From Sulfolobus acidocaldarius DSM 639 (GTDB lineage: Archaea; Thermoproteota; Thermoprotei_A; Sulfolobales; Sulfolobaceae): DNA of 32,000 nucleotides. Below the pieces are notes generated by a model, which was not told the origin of the DNA, ran no database searches, and was given only the letters and a program-made list of their open reading frames with translations. The DNA lies in NCBI RefSeq assembly GCF_000012285.1, contig NC_007181.1, positions 720,001 through 752,000 on the forward strand. The letters are read 5' to 3'. This document shows positions 1 through 11,143 of this stretch, piece by piece. Each line of letters begins with the position of its first letter. The first letter of the stretch is position 1. The translations under genes were made by a program, and so were the position numbers.

Positions 1-1
1 G

Positions 2-846
<845 letters not shown>

Positions 847-851
847 TAAGT

Positions 852-1073
852 ATGGAACCTATTAGGGTAAAATTATCCACAGGTAGAGAAGTAATTGTTG
901 ATGAAAATGCAATAAGGGTATTAAATGAATACGTGAGAACTCAAATGACATTGGAGCAACTCGCAAGAAGACTAGGTTTAACAAGCTGGGAAGAAGCTTA
1001 TGAGCTAGTAAAACAAATTCCCTCATATGTCATGTGGACTCCTGTATCTATATATAGTAAGCAGGTACAATAA
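852..1073 (+). CDS. small hypothetical protein with helix-turn-helix-like segment
   Basis: 73-aa ORF starting 5 nt after the previous stop. MTLEQLARRLGLTSWEEAYELV resembles an HTH. No family recognised. Confidence 0.45.
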   Translation: MEPIRVKLSTGREVIVDENAIRVLNEYVRTQMTLEQLARRLGLTSWEEAYELVKQIPSYVMWTPVSIYSKQVQ

Positions 1074-1094
1074 GAAAATCTGCCAATATAATTT

Positions 1095-3170
1095 CTATAC
1101 TTTTCTATAGCAATCGGGTCTAGATTCGTATATAAGACCTTGTTTTCTCATATCGCTTATAAGTTTATCAAAAGAGGATTTTTCTATACCAGCGTTTTCA
1201 GCCTCCTTTGCAAGATCCTTGATTTTTACACATCCCTCAGAAGAGGATATGGTATCTATTATCTCCAATATCTTTGACATTTTTTCTCTGGCACTCTTCG
1301 GTTTACCTGTCATTATTGTATCAATATCTATTTTGCCTGATTCCACATCTATTCCTACTCTTTCTAGAAATATTCTCATTATATTTATTGCTCTTTCCGC
1401 ATCTTCTCTTGAAACTTCCTCTTTTAGAGCCATTCTTGCATATGCCTCTGATATTCTTATTAATGCCTCAAGCTGTCTTGGTGTAATAATTATTGGTGAG
1501 TCTGGACTCTCTGAACTCTTTTTCCTCATTTCTACGAAGAAATCTAGAAGCAATTTTTTGGCTTCATCACCAAGTTTTGGACTTACATTTTTTCTTGAGT
1601 AAGCAATATATTTCTTAAGTAATTCAGTATCTATAGTATTTTGCTGGACAATGTTTTTAGACGCATGAACATTCAAAATGTGTGAAGCAAGTAACTCATC
1701 TTCTTTTCCTGGTTTATCTACTAATATGAATATCAAATCAAAACGCGATAATATCGTAGGTGGTAGATTTATGTTCTCAATAAGTGTCCTCTCTGCGATG
1801 TATCTGCCTAGCTTGGGATTTCCCGCAGCTATGACAGTAGCTCTAGCGTTTAGTTTTGCTACTATTCCAGCTTTTGCAATAGATACAGTCTGCTGTTCCA
1901 TTGCCTCATGAATTGCAACTCTATCCTCCTCTCTCATCTTATCAATCTCATCTATTACTGCAATTCCACCATCGGCTAATACTAATGCTCCTGCTTCCAG
2001 GTAATAATCACCACTATTTTTATCTCTGGTTACAGTTGCAGTAAGTCCTGCTGCAGTAGAACCTTTTCCTGTCGTATAGACTGCTCTTGGTGCAACTCTG
2101 GCTGCAAATTGTAACATTTGTGATTTTGCTGTTCCGGGATCGCCTATTATGAGGATGTGAATATCTCCTCTAACTCGTGTTCCATCAGGTAGTAGCTTAG
2201 GAGAGCCTCCGAACAAGGATAATGCTATGGCTTCTTTAATTTCCCAGTGTCCATAAATTGATGGTGCTATTGAGGAAATTATTTTTTCTCTAATAAAAGA
2301 ATCTTTTGAAAGTTCCCTGATTTTTTTCTCGTCCTCTTCCGATATATTTACCTCATCAAGTACCTTCTGGGATATTTCAATACTATTAACCTTTAAATAA
2401 ATATCAAATATTGCTTTACTACCTCTTCTTATGTACGTATCTTTCTTTATCTCCAAAATTCCGACTACCTTAACTCTATCGCCAGGTCTCGAGATATCAA
2501 CTAAATCGTCTTCAAATACAATCTCCACTTGACGAGGAAGCTGACCTGGAGGAATTTCCTCAGGTCTTTCTTGTATTACAGCTTTTTGCCAATCGATAAA
2601 CTCTGACTTGTCCTCTATGAATTTGAATTGTCCAGGTTTGTTACATGCAGGACATACAGATGGTGCTTCAATGACCTCTCCCATATCTCCTTCTGGAGGC
2701 CATACAAACTCATGCATACAATCAGGGTTCATATGTTGAAATATGGCTTTTCTTAATCTTTCTTTAGGAGGGGTTGCTTTTACCAATATTCCTTCAACTG
2801 AAATTAGCCTTCCAGCATAGTTACTTCTTAGTTTTCTAAGTTCTACAACTCTAGGTACATTTAATATTCTCACATGTAATTCTCGTATTTCGTCTTGGTA
2901 TGACGGATCTCTCTCAGTTACATAATCATAAAGTTTCTTTTCGATTAATGGAATGATTTCCTTAGGTGAATCTATAAGTTTAGTAGCAAATTTTTGGTTG
3001 AATGAGTATAAATCAGAGAAGTCTATGTAAATGCTTTTCTTTCTATAAGCTATTAATTCATTTATAAGATTTTGATATACTAATCTACCTTTGTCATCAT
3101 GAAAAGTTGATATAAACTCTAGAAATAATTCACCATAATCAAGCTGAGAAGGGGTTTCCAATAATATCAC
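1095..3170 (-). CDS. mcm: MCM replicative helicase
   Basis: Near full-length match by eye to Sulfolobus MCM. Zn motif CPACNKPGQF, Walker A GDPGTAKSQ, Walker B ADGGIAVIDEIDKM, arginine finger SRFDL, and a C-terminal winged helix. GTG start at 3170, with TTG at 3161 as an alternative. Confidence 0.97.
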   Translation of the reverse strand: MILLETPSQLDYGELFLEFISTFHDDKGRLVYQNLINELIAYRKKSIYIDFSDLYSFNQKFATKLIDSPKEIIPLIEKKLYDYVTERDPSYQDEIRELHVRILNVPRVVELRKLRSNYAGRLISVEGILVKATPPKERLRKAIFQHMNPDCMHEFVWPPEGDMGEVIEAPSVCPACNKPGQFKFIEDKSEFIDWQKAVIQERPEEIPPGQLPRQVEIVFEDDLVDISRPGDRVKVVGILEIKKDTYIRRGSKAIFDIYLKVNSIEISQKVLDEVNISEEDEKKIRELSKDSFIREKIISSIAPSIYGHWEIKEAIALSLFGGSPKLLPDGTRVRGDIHILIIGDPGTAKSQMLQFAARVAPRAVYTTGKGSTAAGLTATVTRDKNSGDYYLEAGALVLADGGIAVIDEIDKMREEDRVAIHEAMEQQTVSIAKAGIVAKLNARATVIAAGNPKLGRYIAERTLIENINLPPTILSRFDLIFILVDKPGKEDELLASHILNVHASKNIVQQNTIDTELLKKYIAYSRKNVSPKLGDEAKKLLLDFFVEMRKKSSESPDSPIIITPRQLEALIRISEAYARMALKEEVSREDAERAINIMRIFLERVGIDVESGKIDIDTIMTGKPKSAREKMSKILEIIDTISSSEGCVKIKDLAKEAENAGIEKSSFDKLISDMRKQGLIYESRPDCYRKV

Positions 3171-3690
3171 CTGGACCTTTTTCTATAGCATATTTTATGT
3201 TTTTGTATACTAGTATTTCCTCAGTAGTCATTCTGTCCATTAGATTTTCATCTTCTACGTTAAGATAAGCTAACTGTATAATTTTTCTTATTCTAATGGA
3301 CATTATTTCACTTAACATTTGGTAAGCTTTCTTTATATTTTCATATGTTGCAACATCATTCTTCTTTTTAAGCTCGTTGAATAGAATTCTGACTTTAAAG
3401 TAAAAATCTTTGGGAAGCTTAACTAAAGATGCAGGAACACTTGCAGTCTGTTTTTCCTGGAACAATATTCTACCCAGTTCATCTATTGTCACCATGTCTA
3501 TCATTTTAACTATCCCTCTCTCTCGCAGAATATTAGCCAGCCACAACTCTATTTCATCTTCAGTACCTTTATTCAGGATAGACTCTTCTATCCCGTTATC
3601 AAATGGTCCCCAATCTTCTAGAACCATAACCTTCCTCTTGGACGTTTTATTCAAAATTGTAAGAGCCTTAATTTTAAGGGATATCGACAT
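3139..3690 (-). CDS. gins23: GINS subunit Gins23-like
   Basis: Lies immediately upstream of mcm and overlaps it by 32 nt, as in the known Sulfolobus gins23-mcm operon. Helical protein of GINS-like size. The internal Met (MVLEDWGPF) is a possible true start. Confidence 0.72.
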   Translation of the reverse strand: MSISLKIKALTILNKTSKRKVMVLEDWGPFDNGIEESILNKGTEDEIELWLANILRERGIVKMIDMVTIDELGRILFQEKQTASVPASLVKLPKDFYFKVRILFNELKKKNDVATYENIKKAYQMLSEIMSIRIRKIIQLAYLNVEDENLMDRMTTEEILVYKNIKYAIEKGPGDIIGNPFSA

Positions 3691-3738
3691 GACTGTTTAT
3701 ATAAGCTTTAAGGTAAAAGTATAAATACGACATTACTC

Positions 3739-4248
3739 ATGGAAAGACCAACACTTCTCCTAACTGCTAAAAAGAACAAAGATAACATCTGCTTGATGGA
3801 AATACTTAACAGGATCCTGATAAAGGATATAAACGCTACAGCTGTCGAGATAGTGAAGAACGTGATTATTCTGTATTCTAATTTAAATCCAATGGAAGCT
3901 TATGGACTATTAATATCTGGACCTCCATCATGTGTTGCTAAAATATTTCCTATACATGGTGTGATAGATAGCATTTCTGAGGCTGAGGTAATTAGAAAAT
4001 CTATTGATCTGTGTAAAAATATGTTAAAGAATACTTTTTATGTTCAATGTTACTCGAGGGGAGTAAGGGTCAATTGTAGAGAAATTGAAATAGGCATAGG
4101 CATAGGTCTTAGGGGAATTGCTAAGGTCGATTTCAAATCACCTGAGTTAATAGTTTTTGTAAATGTGGTAAGGGACAAGTCTTACATCTCGTTTTTAAAA
4201 AAGGGTAGAGAGAAAGTTTCGGTCAAGTCTCTGGGTCAAAATATATAG
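3739..4248 (+). CDS. THUMP-domain (predicted RNA-binding) protein
   Basis: 169 aa. The C-terminal pattern FYVQCYSRG...REIEIGIGIGL...AKVDFKSPELIVFVNVVRDKSYISF fits the stand-alone archaeal THUMP fold pattern. Confidence 0.55.
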   Translation: MERPTLLLTAKKNKDNICLMEILNRILIKDINATAVEIVKNVIILYSNLNPMEAYGLLISGPPSCVAKIFPIHGVIDSISEAEVIRKSIDLCKNMLKNTFYVQCYSRGVRVNCREIEIGIGIGLRGIAKVDFKSPELIVFVNVVRDKSYISFLKKGREKVSVKSLGQNI

Positions 4249-4272
4249 TATTACATCTAAAAATAGGATTAG

Positions 4273-5529
4273 GTGAAAGTTTTGGACGACATAAAGAATC
4301 TCATTGAAGATCTATTAGGAGGTGACACTGTATTTAACAATACTAAAATTTTAAATCCAGAATATATACCTTCGAATCTTCCTCATAGAGAGAATCAGAT
4401 CAAAGAGATGACAGTTTCCTTTAGAGATCTTATATTGAATCCTGGAAGTTCTTCCATAAGATTGGTAATAATAGGAAGAACTGGAACAGGCAAATCTGTA
4501 ACAACAAAGAAGTTCGGATTAAAACTCAGAGAAATAGCTCATGAGAGAAATTTGAGGTTAGAATACGTTCATGTGAATTGCCATAGACAGCGAACCTTAT
4601 ACCTTATTTTGCAAGAGATTTCTCAAGGTCTACGGTTACAATTGCCTAATAGGGGTTTATCTTCACAGGAAACATTTAGAATAATATATGATTATTTAGA
4701 GAAAAGGAATATTCATCTTGTTATTACTCTTGACGAATTTGACTATTTTGTGAGTACAGCACCACTGGAAGATATATATTTCTTAGTGAGAGTTTACGAC
4801 GAGCTAAATGTAACTACCAAGAGACTACATTATATTTTCATTGTTAGGGAAATAACTAGTCTTTCAGGTTTAGATAAGAGTATTAAAGATCATATAATCA
4901 AGAACATCATAGATTTTCCACCTTATAAATCGACAGAACTATATGATATTCTTGCAGATAGAGTCTATAACGAGAAGGCGTTTAAGGAGAATTCTGTATC
5001 GGAAGACGTATTAAGGTTTATAGCTGAAGTTCATGGATTTGATAAAGGGGGTAGCGGAAATGCAAGAATATCAATAGAAACTCTTGAACTTGCGGGAAAA
5101 ATTGCAGACAGTGAGAATTCACCAATTGTTACGTTAGAACATGCGAAGAAAGCTAACTCAAAAATTAACCCTGAATTAAGTGCATTAATTGATAGTATTA
5201 AAGAACTTGATCTTCATCAACTAATATTTCTAAAGGCTCTCGTATTATTACATGATCAAGAAGGAATAGACTTCTTTCCAATAGGAAAAATAGAACAAAG
5301 ATACGTCGAATTAAGTAAGAATTTTGGTGAAGAGCCTAGGAGACATACTCAAATATTTGAATACGTTAGGCGAATGAAGCTAATGGGTCTTATAAACACA
5401 AGGCAAAGTGGTAGAGGGATGAGAGGAAGAACAACGCTAGTATCTTTACCTATACCTATTTCTATGGAATTTAAAGACTTAATAAATACAGAAATTAGAA
5501 AGAGGTTAGAACAATCGAGGATCTCATAA
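4273..5529 (+). CDS. cdc6-2: Orc1/Cdc6 initiator-family AAA+ protein (Cdc6-2/Orc1-2 paralogue by synteny)
   Basis: Walker A GRTGTGKSVT, Walker B LDEFD, and a C-terminal winged helix (HQLIFLKAL...RRMKLMGLI). The neighbourhood with gins23-mcm matches the Sulfolobus cdc6-2 locus. GTG start; TTG at 4282 after AGGTGA is an alternative. Confidence 0.9.
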   Translation: MKVLDDIKNLIEDLLGGDTVFNNTKILNPEYIPSNLPHRENQIKEMTVSFRDLILNPGSSSIRLVIIGRTGTGKSVTTKKFGLKLREIAHERNLRLEYVHVNCHRQRTLYLILQEISQGLRLQLPNRGLSSQETFRIIYDYLEKRNIHLVITLDEFDYFVSTAPLEDIYFLVRVYDELNVTTKRLHYIFIVREITSLSGLDKSIKDHIIKNIIDFPPYKSTELYDILADRVYNEKAFKENSVSEDVLRFIAEVHGFDKGGSGNARISIETLELAGKIADSENSPIVTLEHAKKANSKINPELSALIDSIKELDLHQLIFLKALVLLHDQEGIDFFPIGKIEQRYVELSKNFGEEPRRHTQIFEYVRRMKLMGLINTRQSGRGMRGRTTLVSLPIPISMEFKDLINTEIRKRLEQSRIS

Positions 5530-5561
5530 ACTCCGTTATTTTAAAAGTACTTCGAATTCTC

Positions 5562-5768
5562 TTGAGAGAAGGAGAAATAAATATAACCAGACTGGCTAGA
5601 GAATCTCATGTTAATTACAAAAAGCTAGAAAAAGCTTTAGAGACGCTAGAGAGGAAAAATATAATAGAGATCTATGAGGGAGATAAGACTAAACTAATAA
5701 GGATCAATTATTCTAACCCTAAAGTAATAATACTAAAAAACCTGTTTGATGAACTTGAGAGTATATGA
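5562..5768 (+). CDS. small winged-helix DNA-binding protein
   Basis: INITRLARESHVNYKKLEKALETLERKNIIEI followed by a wing (YEGDKTKLIRINY). TTG is the first canonical start. The stop overlaps the moaC ATG (ATGA). See the finding about the missing N-terminal helix. Confidence 0.55.
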   Translation: MREGEINITRLARESHVNYKKLEKALETLERKNIIEIYEGDKTKLIRINYSNPKVIILKNLFDELESI

Positions 5769-6211
5769 CTGAAATTCGAATGATTGATATTTCAGGAAAA
5801 GATATAGTGCTAAGAGAAGCAATAGCTGAAGGATTTATAAAACTTAAGAAAGATACAATAGAAAAAATAACAAAGAGAGAAATAGAAAAAGGAGATGTGA
5901 TCGCTACCGCAAAAGTTGCTGGAATTTTAGCTGCAAAAAAGACTCATGAGTTATTACCAATGTGTCATCCAATTCCTTTAGAATATATTAACGTAGAAAT
6001 TGAGATTGAAAATGATGGGTTAAAAGTAGTCTCAACAGTTAGAGCTCATTACAGAACTGGAGTCGAAATGGAAGCTCTTACTGCTACTAGTATAGCCCTT
6101 TTGACTATTTGGGATATGGTAAAGAAGTACGAAAAAGATGAAGAAGGACAATACCCATTGACAGAGATCAGTAAAATTAGAGTTGTTAGTAAAATTAAGT
6201 CTTACGGCTAG
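5765..6211 (+). CDS. moaC: cyclic pyranopterin monophosphate synthase accessory protein MoaC
   Basis: The MoaC hallmark LPMCHPIPL, plus [16 protein letters not shown]. About 148 aa. Confidence 0.9.
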   Translation: MTEIRMIDISGKDIVLREAIAEGFIKLKKDTIEKITKREIEKGDVIATAKVAGILAAKKTHELLPMCHPIPLEYINVEIEIENDGLKVVSTVRAHYRTGVEMEALTATSIALLTIWDMVKKYEKDEEGQYPLTEISKIRVVSKIKSYG

Positions 6212-7508
6212 AAGATCTCTTCGGATAATATTTTTTACTTTTTTCTGCCTTTTCTTCACTAGTTGGCTTACTAGCCTGTGTAAAAACGTTTAAAATTTCT
6301 TTCTCCCCTTCGGTCAGTTGGAGATAATTTTCTACTGCTTCTGCATGTCTAGTATAATAAGACGCAAGGAATGGTAAAGTGTCATTTAATACCTTTCTTT
6401 TTGAGGTATGAGTTTTTTCACCTATTTTTTTAAGAAGGGTCTCGATACTATCACGTTTTTCTTTAGTCCTAGCTAAGGCTTGAATATATTGTGGAAATTG
6501 ATACTTTACCCATCTTGCCTTATAACCTGGTTTCTTTTTCTCTAATGACGCAAATGCAATACCTGGTCCCATTAAATCAAACACATATGATAATAAATCC
6601 CATCCTACTTGTTTAGCTCTTGTCAGGAAAACAGAAGCTCTAGATAGAGCCTCGTAAGCTCTCCAAACATCTTCCATGGACGTGTATTGTAATGGGATAT
6701 TCTCATCAAACCATCTCATTAATAACTCATAATCAACCTGGCTATTTGTGACTGCATTTTTAGCCTGCCAATAATACTTAGCCCAAAATACGTCTCTAAG
6801 GGTTTCGAAGGGATCTAATTCCCTATCCTTTCTCCTTACTAACTCTTTTACGTTATCTAATGTGACTTTCCCATATCCCTCCGCTATACCTTGAAGCATA
6901 TTTATACAATATCGTGCATCACCTTCGCTTTGCTCTATAATATGGTCTAGTGCCTCATCAATGCAAACTATTTTCTCCTTCTCACATATCCTCTTCAATA
7001 ATCTCTTCAACGGATATTTTCCTAATCTTTTTAACTCTATCATTTTCACTGCGTTTCTTAAGCTTCTTAGAGACGGATCCCATGGATCATTAGCAGTGAG
7101 AATTACTGGATATTTTGTTTTTTCTATTAATTCTAAGATTGCAGGTATAGCACCGGCATCAGCCCTTGAATAAATTCCGTCTATTTCATCTAGTAATATT
7201 ATTTTTCCCTTAATTCCAAATAAGGAGCCTGAAATAGATGCCCTTTCAGCAACATCCTTTATATCCCTTAAATTTCTTGAATCACTAGCATTCATCTCTA
7301 ATAATTCTAATTTATAGTCTCTAGCTAATGCTTCAGCTAGAGTTGTTTTGCCTACACCTGGTGGTCCATATAATAGGACAGCTTTAGCTGTTGGTTCTCC
7401 ATTAAGCCAACTTTCTATCCATTTTTTAAGTTCTTCTTTGACTTCATCTTGGTTTTCAACCTCTTGTAGACTTTTTGGTCTATACTTCAGGAACCATTGT
7501 AATGGCAA
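6195..7508 (-). CDS. rfcL: replication factor C large subunit
   Basis: [10 protein letters not shown], Walker [10 protein letters not shown], Walker B LLDEIDG, and a basic C-terminal tail. TTG start immediately after the rfcS stop. Confidence 0.93.
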   Translation of the reverse strand: MPLQWFLKYRPKSLQEVENQDEVKEELKKWIESWLNGEPTAKAVLLYGPPGVGKTTLAEALARDYKLELLEMNASDSRNLRDIKDVAERASISGSLFGIKGKIILLDEIDGIYSRADAGAIPAILELIEKTKYPVILTANDPWDPSLRSLRNAVKMIELKRLGKYPLKRLLKRICEKEKIVCIDEALDHIIEQSEGDARYCINMLQGIAEGYGKVTLDNVKELVRRKDRELDPFETLRDVFWAKYYWQAKNAVTNSQVDYELLMRWFDENIPLQYTSMEDVWRAYEALSRASVFLTRAKQVGWDLLSYVFDLMGPGIAFASLEKKKPGYKARWVKYQFPQYIQALARTKEKRDSIETLLKKIGEKTHTSKRKVLNDTLPFLASYYTRHAEAVENYLQLTEGEKEILNVFTQASKPTSEEKAEKSKKYYPKRSSSRKT

Positions 7509-8486
<978 letters not shown>

Positions 8487-8489
8487 TTT

Positions 8490-8942
8490 TCAACCCTTTC
8501 TTTTATACTTACCCATAATGAATCCTTTGTCAATCATATATCCTTCCATCATTCTCTTGAGCTCCTCTGCCGTAACACCAGATTTTACTGGTAACTCTGA
8601 GCTCAAGGCATATACATAAAAGAAGTATCTATGAGCCTGGTGACTTCTAGGTGGACAAGGTCCATTATAACCAACCCTTCCAAAATCATTTACACCTTGA
8701 ATACCTACCCCGGCTTTCTCTATCTTCTTCACGTTTTCCTCTAATTTGTTCTGCTTTATATTGTAAATAACCCAGTGTATAAAAGTACCTCCAGGTGCAT
8801 CGGGGTCCTCAACAATTATTGCATATGACTTTACATTTGGAATTTGATCCCATTCAAGTTCCGGAGAAATATCAGAACCATCACATGTATATTTATCCGG
8901 TATATAGTCTTCATTTTTAAAGGAGTTAGATCTTACGTTCAC
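8490..8942 (-). CDS. PEBP / YbhB-YbcL family protein
   Basis: DPDAPGGTFIHW and GYNGPCPPRSHQAHRYFFYVYAL are the PEBP signature motifs. Confidence 0.85.
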   Translation of the reverse strand: MNVRSNSFKNEDYIPDKYTCDGSDISPELEWDQIPNVKSYAIIVEDPDAPGGTFIHWVIYNIKQNKLEENVKKIEKAGVGIQGVNDFGRVGYNGPCPPRSHQAHRYFFYVYALSSELPVKSGVTAEELKRMMEGYMIDKGFIMGKYKRKG

Positions 8943-8972
8943 AAGAAAAAGATGTAAGGCTCAATAAAAAAC

Positions 8973-9584
8973 CTATCTCTTAGTGATATAATATTCTTTC
9001 TCTTCATGCCCATTCTTGGTAATTTTAGTGACTATTACTCCTGTGCCTGTGAAGGAGTCCCTCTTTATAGAGGAGAATATAGCCCTCTTAGCTAATTCTG
9101 CAGCCTCATCTAGTGACATTTCTGGCTTGTAGTTATCCTCAAGTACTCCAAGAGCTTCCGGTGATCCTGAGCCTGTTGCAGTATACTCCTCTTCAGTTAT
9201 ATCCCCCAGATAATCTAAATTGTAGAGTCGTGGCTGATCATCTACTCCACCTATTAGTATTTGGACTAGATACGGGAAGTATTTAGATGAAGAAAGTACA
9301 TTAGCTAGCCATGTGGCTATGCCTTTAACAGTTATGGGACCTTCGCCAGTTATAGAATTACGATGATATATATATTTTAAAGCTTCATATATAAATTGTA
9401 AATCAGCAACGCTACCTGCAGTCGTAATCCCTATATTATCGGTGACATATAAGACCTTTCTAACGTACTTATGAGCAACATAATAACCTGCGCTGGCTCT
9501 TCTATCAGCGGCTAATACTACTCCATCCTTGACCTTAATCCCTACGGTCGTTGTTCCCTTCAGAATTTTATTTTGAAGATTCAT
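8973..9584 (-). CDS. psmB: 20S proteasome beta subunit (catalytic, with short propeptide)
   Basis: A G|[19 protein letters not shown] processing site and active-site Thr. 203 aa with an Ntn-hydrolase pattern. Confidence 0.93.
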   Translation of the reverse strand: MNLQNKILKGTTTVGIKVKDGVVLAADRRASAGYYVAHKYVRKVLYVTDNIGITTAGSVADLQFIYEALKYIYHRNSITGEGPITVKGIATWLANVLSSSKYFPYLVQILIGGVDDQPRLYNLDYLGDITEEEYTATGSGSPEALGVLEDNYKPEMSLDEAAELAKRAIFSSIKRDSFTGTGVIVTKITKNGHEEKEYYITKR

Positions 9585-9606
9585 TAGAAATCAAGATACA
9601 TGTATT

Positions 9607-10794
9607 TTACTTACTAATAAATCCAACAATATCTAATATCCTTTTAGCTATATCTAATACAGTCCCATCCTGATATAACTCTCCGCTCACCATTAAACCT
9701 ACTGGTAGTCCGTTTAACTGTGCAACTGGAATAGAAATTGAGGGTGCTCCTGTTACATTAAATATCTCGGTGTTTGACACTAATTTTTCCCTAAATGTTA
9801 GCTCATTACCAATAACTTCAGAAATTTTAGGCGCTACAACTTTTGTAGTAGGTGATATTAGAACATCAACATCACTAAATATTTTCATGTACTCTCTAAT
9901 TAACACATGTCTTGATCTCAACGCATCAACGTACTCATATCCCAATATTTTAGATCCATTTTCAAGCAGTCTTCTAACATCTGGAAAGTAATCATCTTTC
10001 CTCTCTTTAAACCACTTCCTATGGTAGCTATAGGCTTCAGGCAAAACTATCTTCCTTCTTATATCACCTGAATATTTCTCAAGAATTTCGTTATGAATTT
10101 CTTTAATATCGAAATAATTATTGAGTGTGTCAACTACAGGTTTCAGAGCCCTAGATACCTCGTCATCACCAAATAAAAATAGACCCACTCTGGGTCTTCT
10201 CCTAATCTGGGACACTAAAACAGTTTTATCAGTTAACGTTACTTCAAGGACTCTGTTTAAAGTTTGCATATCCTTAACTATGAACCCAACTGTATCTATA
10301 CTCCAACTAAAAGGAATGATTCCATCTGTTGGGATCAATCCTATGCTAGGTTTAAATCCTATAACACCACATAGTGCTGCTGGTATTCTTACAGAACCAC
10401 CGGTATCTGTACCTACACCTACGTCGACTAAACCTAATGCTACTGAAACAGCAGCACCACCACTGGACCCCCCTGAGATCCTTTCAATATCATAGGGATT
10501 CTTCGCAGGACCAAAAATTGACGACGTATTAGTAGCGCCCATTGCAAATTCATGCGTATTTGTCTTTCCGATAATTTCTCCGCCCTCCTCAAGTATCTTT
10601 TCCACTACATATGCATTGGTGTCAGGTATATAGTCATTAAGGATTCTAGATCCTGCAGTTGTTGGCACGCCTTTAATGTCTATAATGTCTTTAATCGAAA
10701 ATTTCAGATTTGAAAGCCTACCTTTATCTCTCTTTTTTATATTCACCAGTCTGGTGAATATATTGTACCTCGAGTTTAATTCTTCTAATGACAT
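9607..10794 (-). CDS. amidase-signature family amidase (GatA-like, short form)
   Basis: GGSSGGAA plus GTDTGGSVRIPAA, and the upstream catalytic Lys region FSIKDIIDIKG. At 395 aa it is shorter than typical GatA. Confidence 0.85.
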   Translation of the reverse strand: MSLEELNSRYNIFTRLVNIKKRDKGRLSNLKFSIKDIIDIKGVPTTAGSRILNDYIPDTNAYVVEKILEEGGEIIGKTNTHEFAMGATNTSSIFGPAKNPYDIERISGGSSGGAAVSVALGLVDVGVGTDTGGSVRIPAALCGVIGFKPSIGLIPTDGIIPFSWSIDTVGFIVKDMQTLNRVLEVTLTDKTVLVSQIRRRPRVGLFLFGDDEVSRALKPVVDTLNNYFDIKEIHNEILEKYSGDIRRKIVLPEAYSYHRKWFKERKDDYFPDVRRLLENGSKILGYEYVDALRSRHVLIREYMKIFSDVDVLISPTTKVVAPKISEVIGNELTFREKLVSNTEIFNVTGAPSISIPVAQLNGLPVGLMVSGELYQDGTVLDIAKRILDIVGFISK

Positions 10795-11106
10795 CCTTAT
10801 TCACACAAAAGAGTGGTTTAACTTTCTTTTCCGCTACTAACTCTTCTAAACTCATCTTATTATTTGTTATGCTCATAAAATATATTAAAGTTAATACTTT
10901 AAACTGACTATTATCTAGTAGTATTGTATATATTATGAGAATATTCTATCCGTATCGTTAAGTAGAATTTTAGAACTGTTCAAGAACTTTATTGTAACTC
11001 AACTTATTATATTTATAATTGATTGATTTAAACTTTATAACTATATCTTTCATAGATTTTATTTATATGTATTTTGAGCTAATCTAATGTTTCATTTCAA
11101 GTGATA

Positions 11107-11120
11107 AATTTTTATTTATG
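11107..11120 (+). promoter_or_regulatory. TATA-box-like element for a leaderless reductase transcript
   Basis: AAATTTTTATTTAT centred about 28 nt upstream of ATG 11144. This spacing is typical of Sulfolobales leaderless genes. Confidence 0.4.
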
Positions 11121-11143
11121 AGTATTAATATATATTGAATAAA

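Noticed and set aside
1219-1911. Plus-strand ORFs of 70-127 aa (1219-1602, 1274-1486, 1678-1911) inside the mcm gene
   Set aside because: They are antisense shadows of a clearly real gene. Their Ser/Leu/Ile/Phe-rich low-complexity composition is typical of the reverse strand of Lys/Glu/Ile-rich AT-biased coding sequence.
4086-4110. The ATAGGCATAGGCATAGG micro-repeat in the THUMP gene, and A7-A8 homopolymers such as the A8 run at about 15129-15136 in the FAD-subunit gene
   Set aside because: The micro-repeat simply encodes IGIGIGL, and the A-runs encode Lys runs in intact frames. There is no evidence of slippage, frameshift or phase variation.
4762-4771. CTTCCAGTGG (minus strand) inside cdc6-2, resembling the core of a Sulfolobus ORB element
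   Set aside because: It is a single match of 9-10 nt that diverges immediately afterwards, lies in coding sequence and has no partner repeat. A match of this length is plausible by chance in 64 kb of two-strand sequence.
10724-10876. 50-aa minus-strand ORF upstream of the amidase, containing MSLEEL like the amidase N-terminus (ATGAGTTTAGAAGAGTTA versus ATGTCATTAGAAGAATTA)
   Set aside because: The similarity ends after 18 nt, and the ORF overlaps the amidase start out of frame and has no motif. It is probably coincidence or a tiny duplication remnant, not a gene.
10795-11134. Possible replication origin in the long AT-rich spacer, given the nearby replication genes
   Set aside because: There are no ORB or mini-ORB-like dyads (TCCA.TGGAAA type), no flanking orc1/cdc6 gene, and no repeated initiator boxes. 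The spacer is more simply a divergent promoter region.
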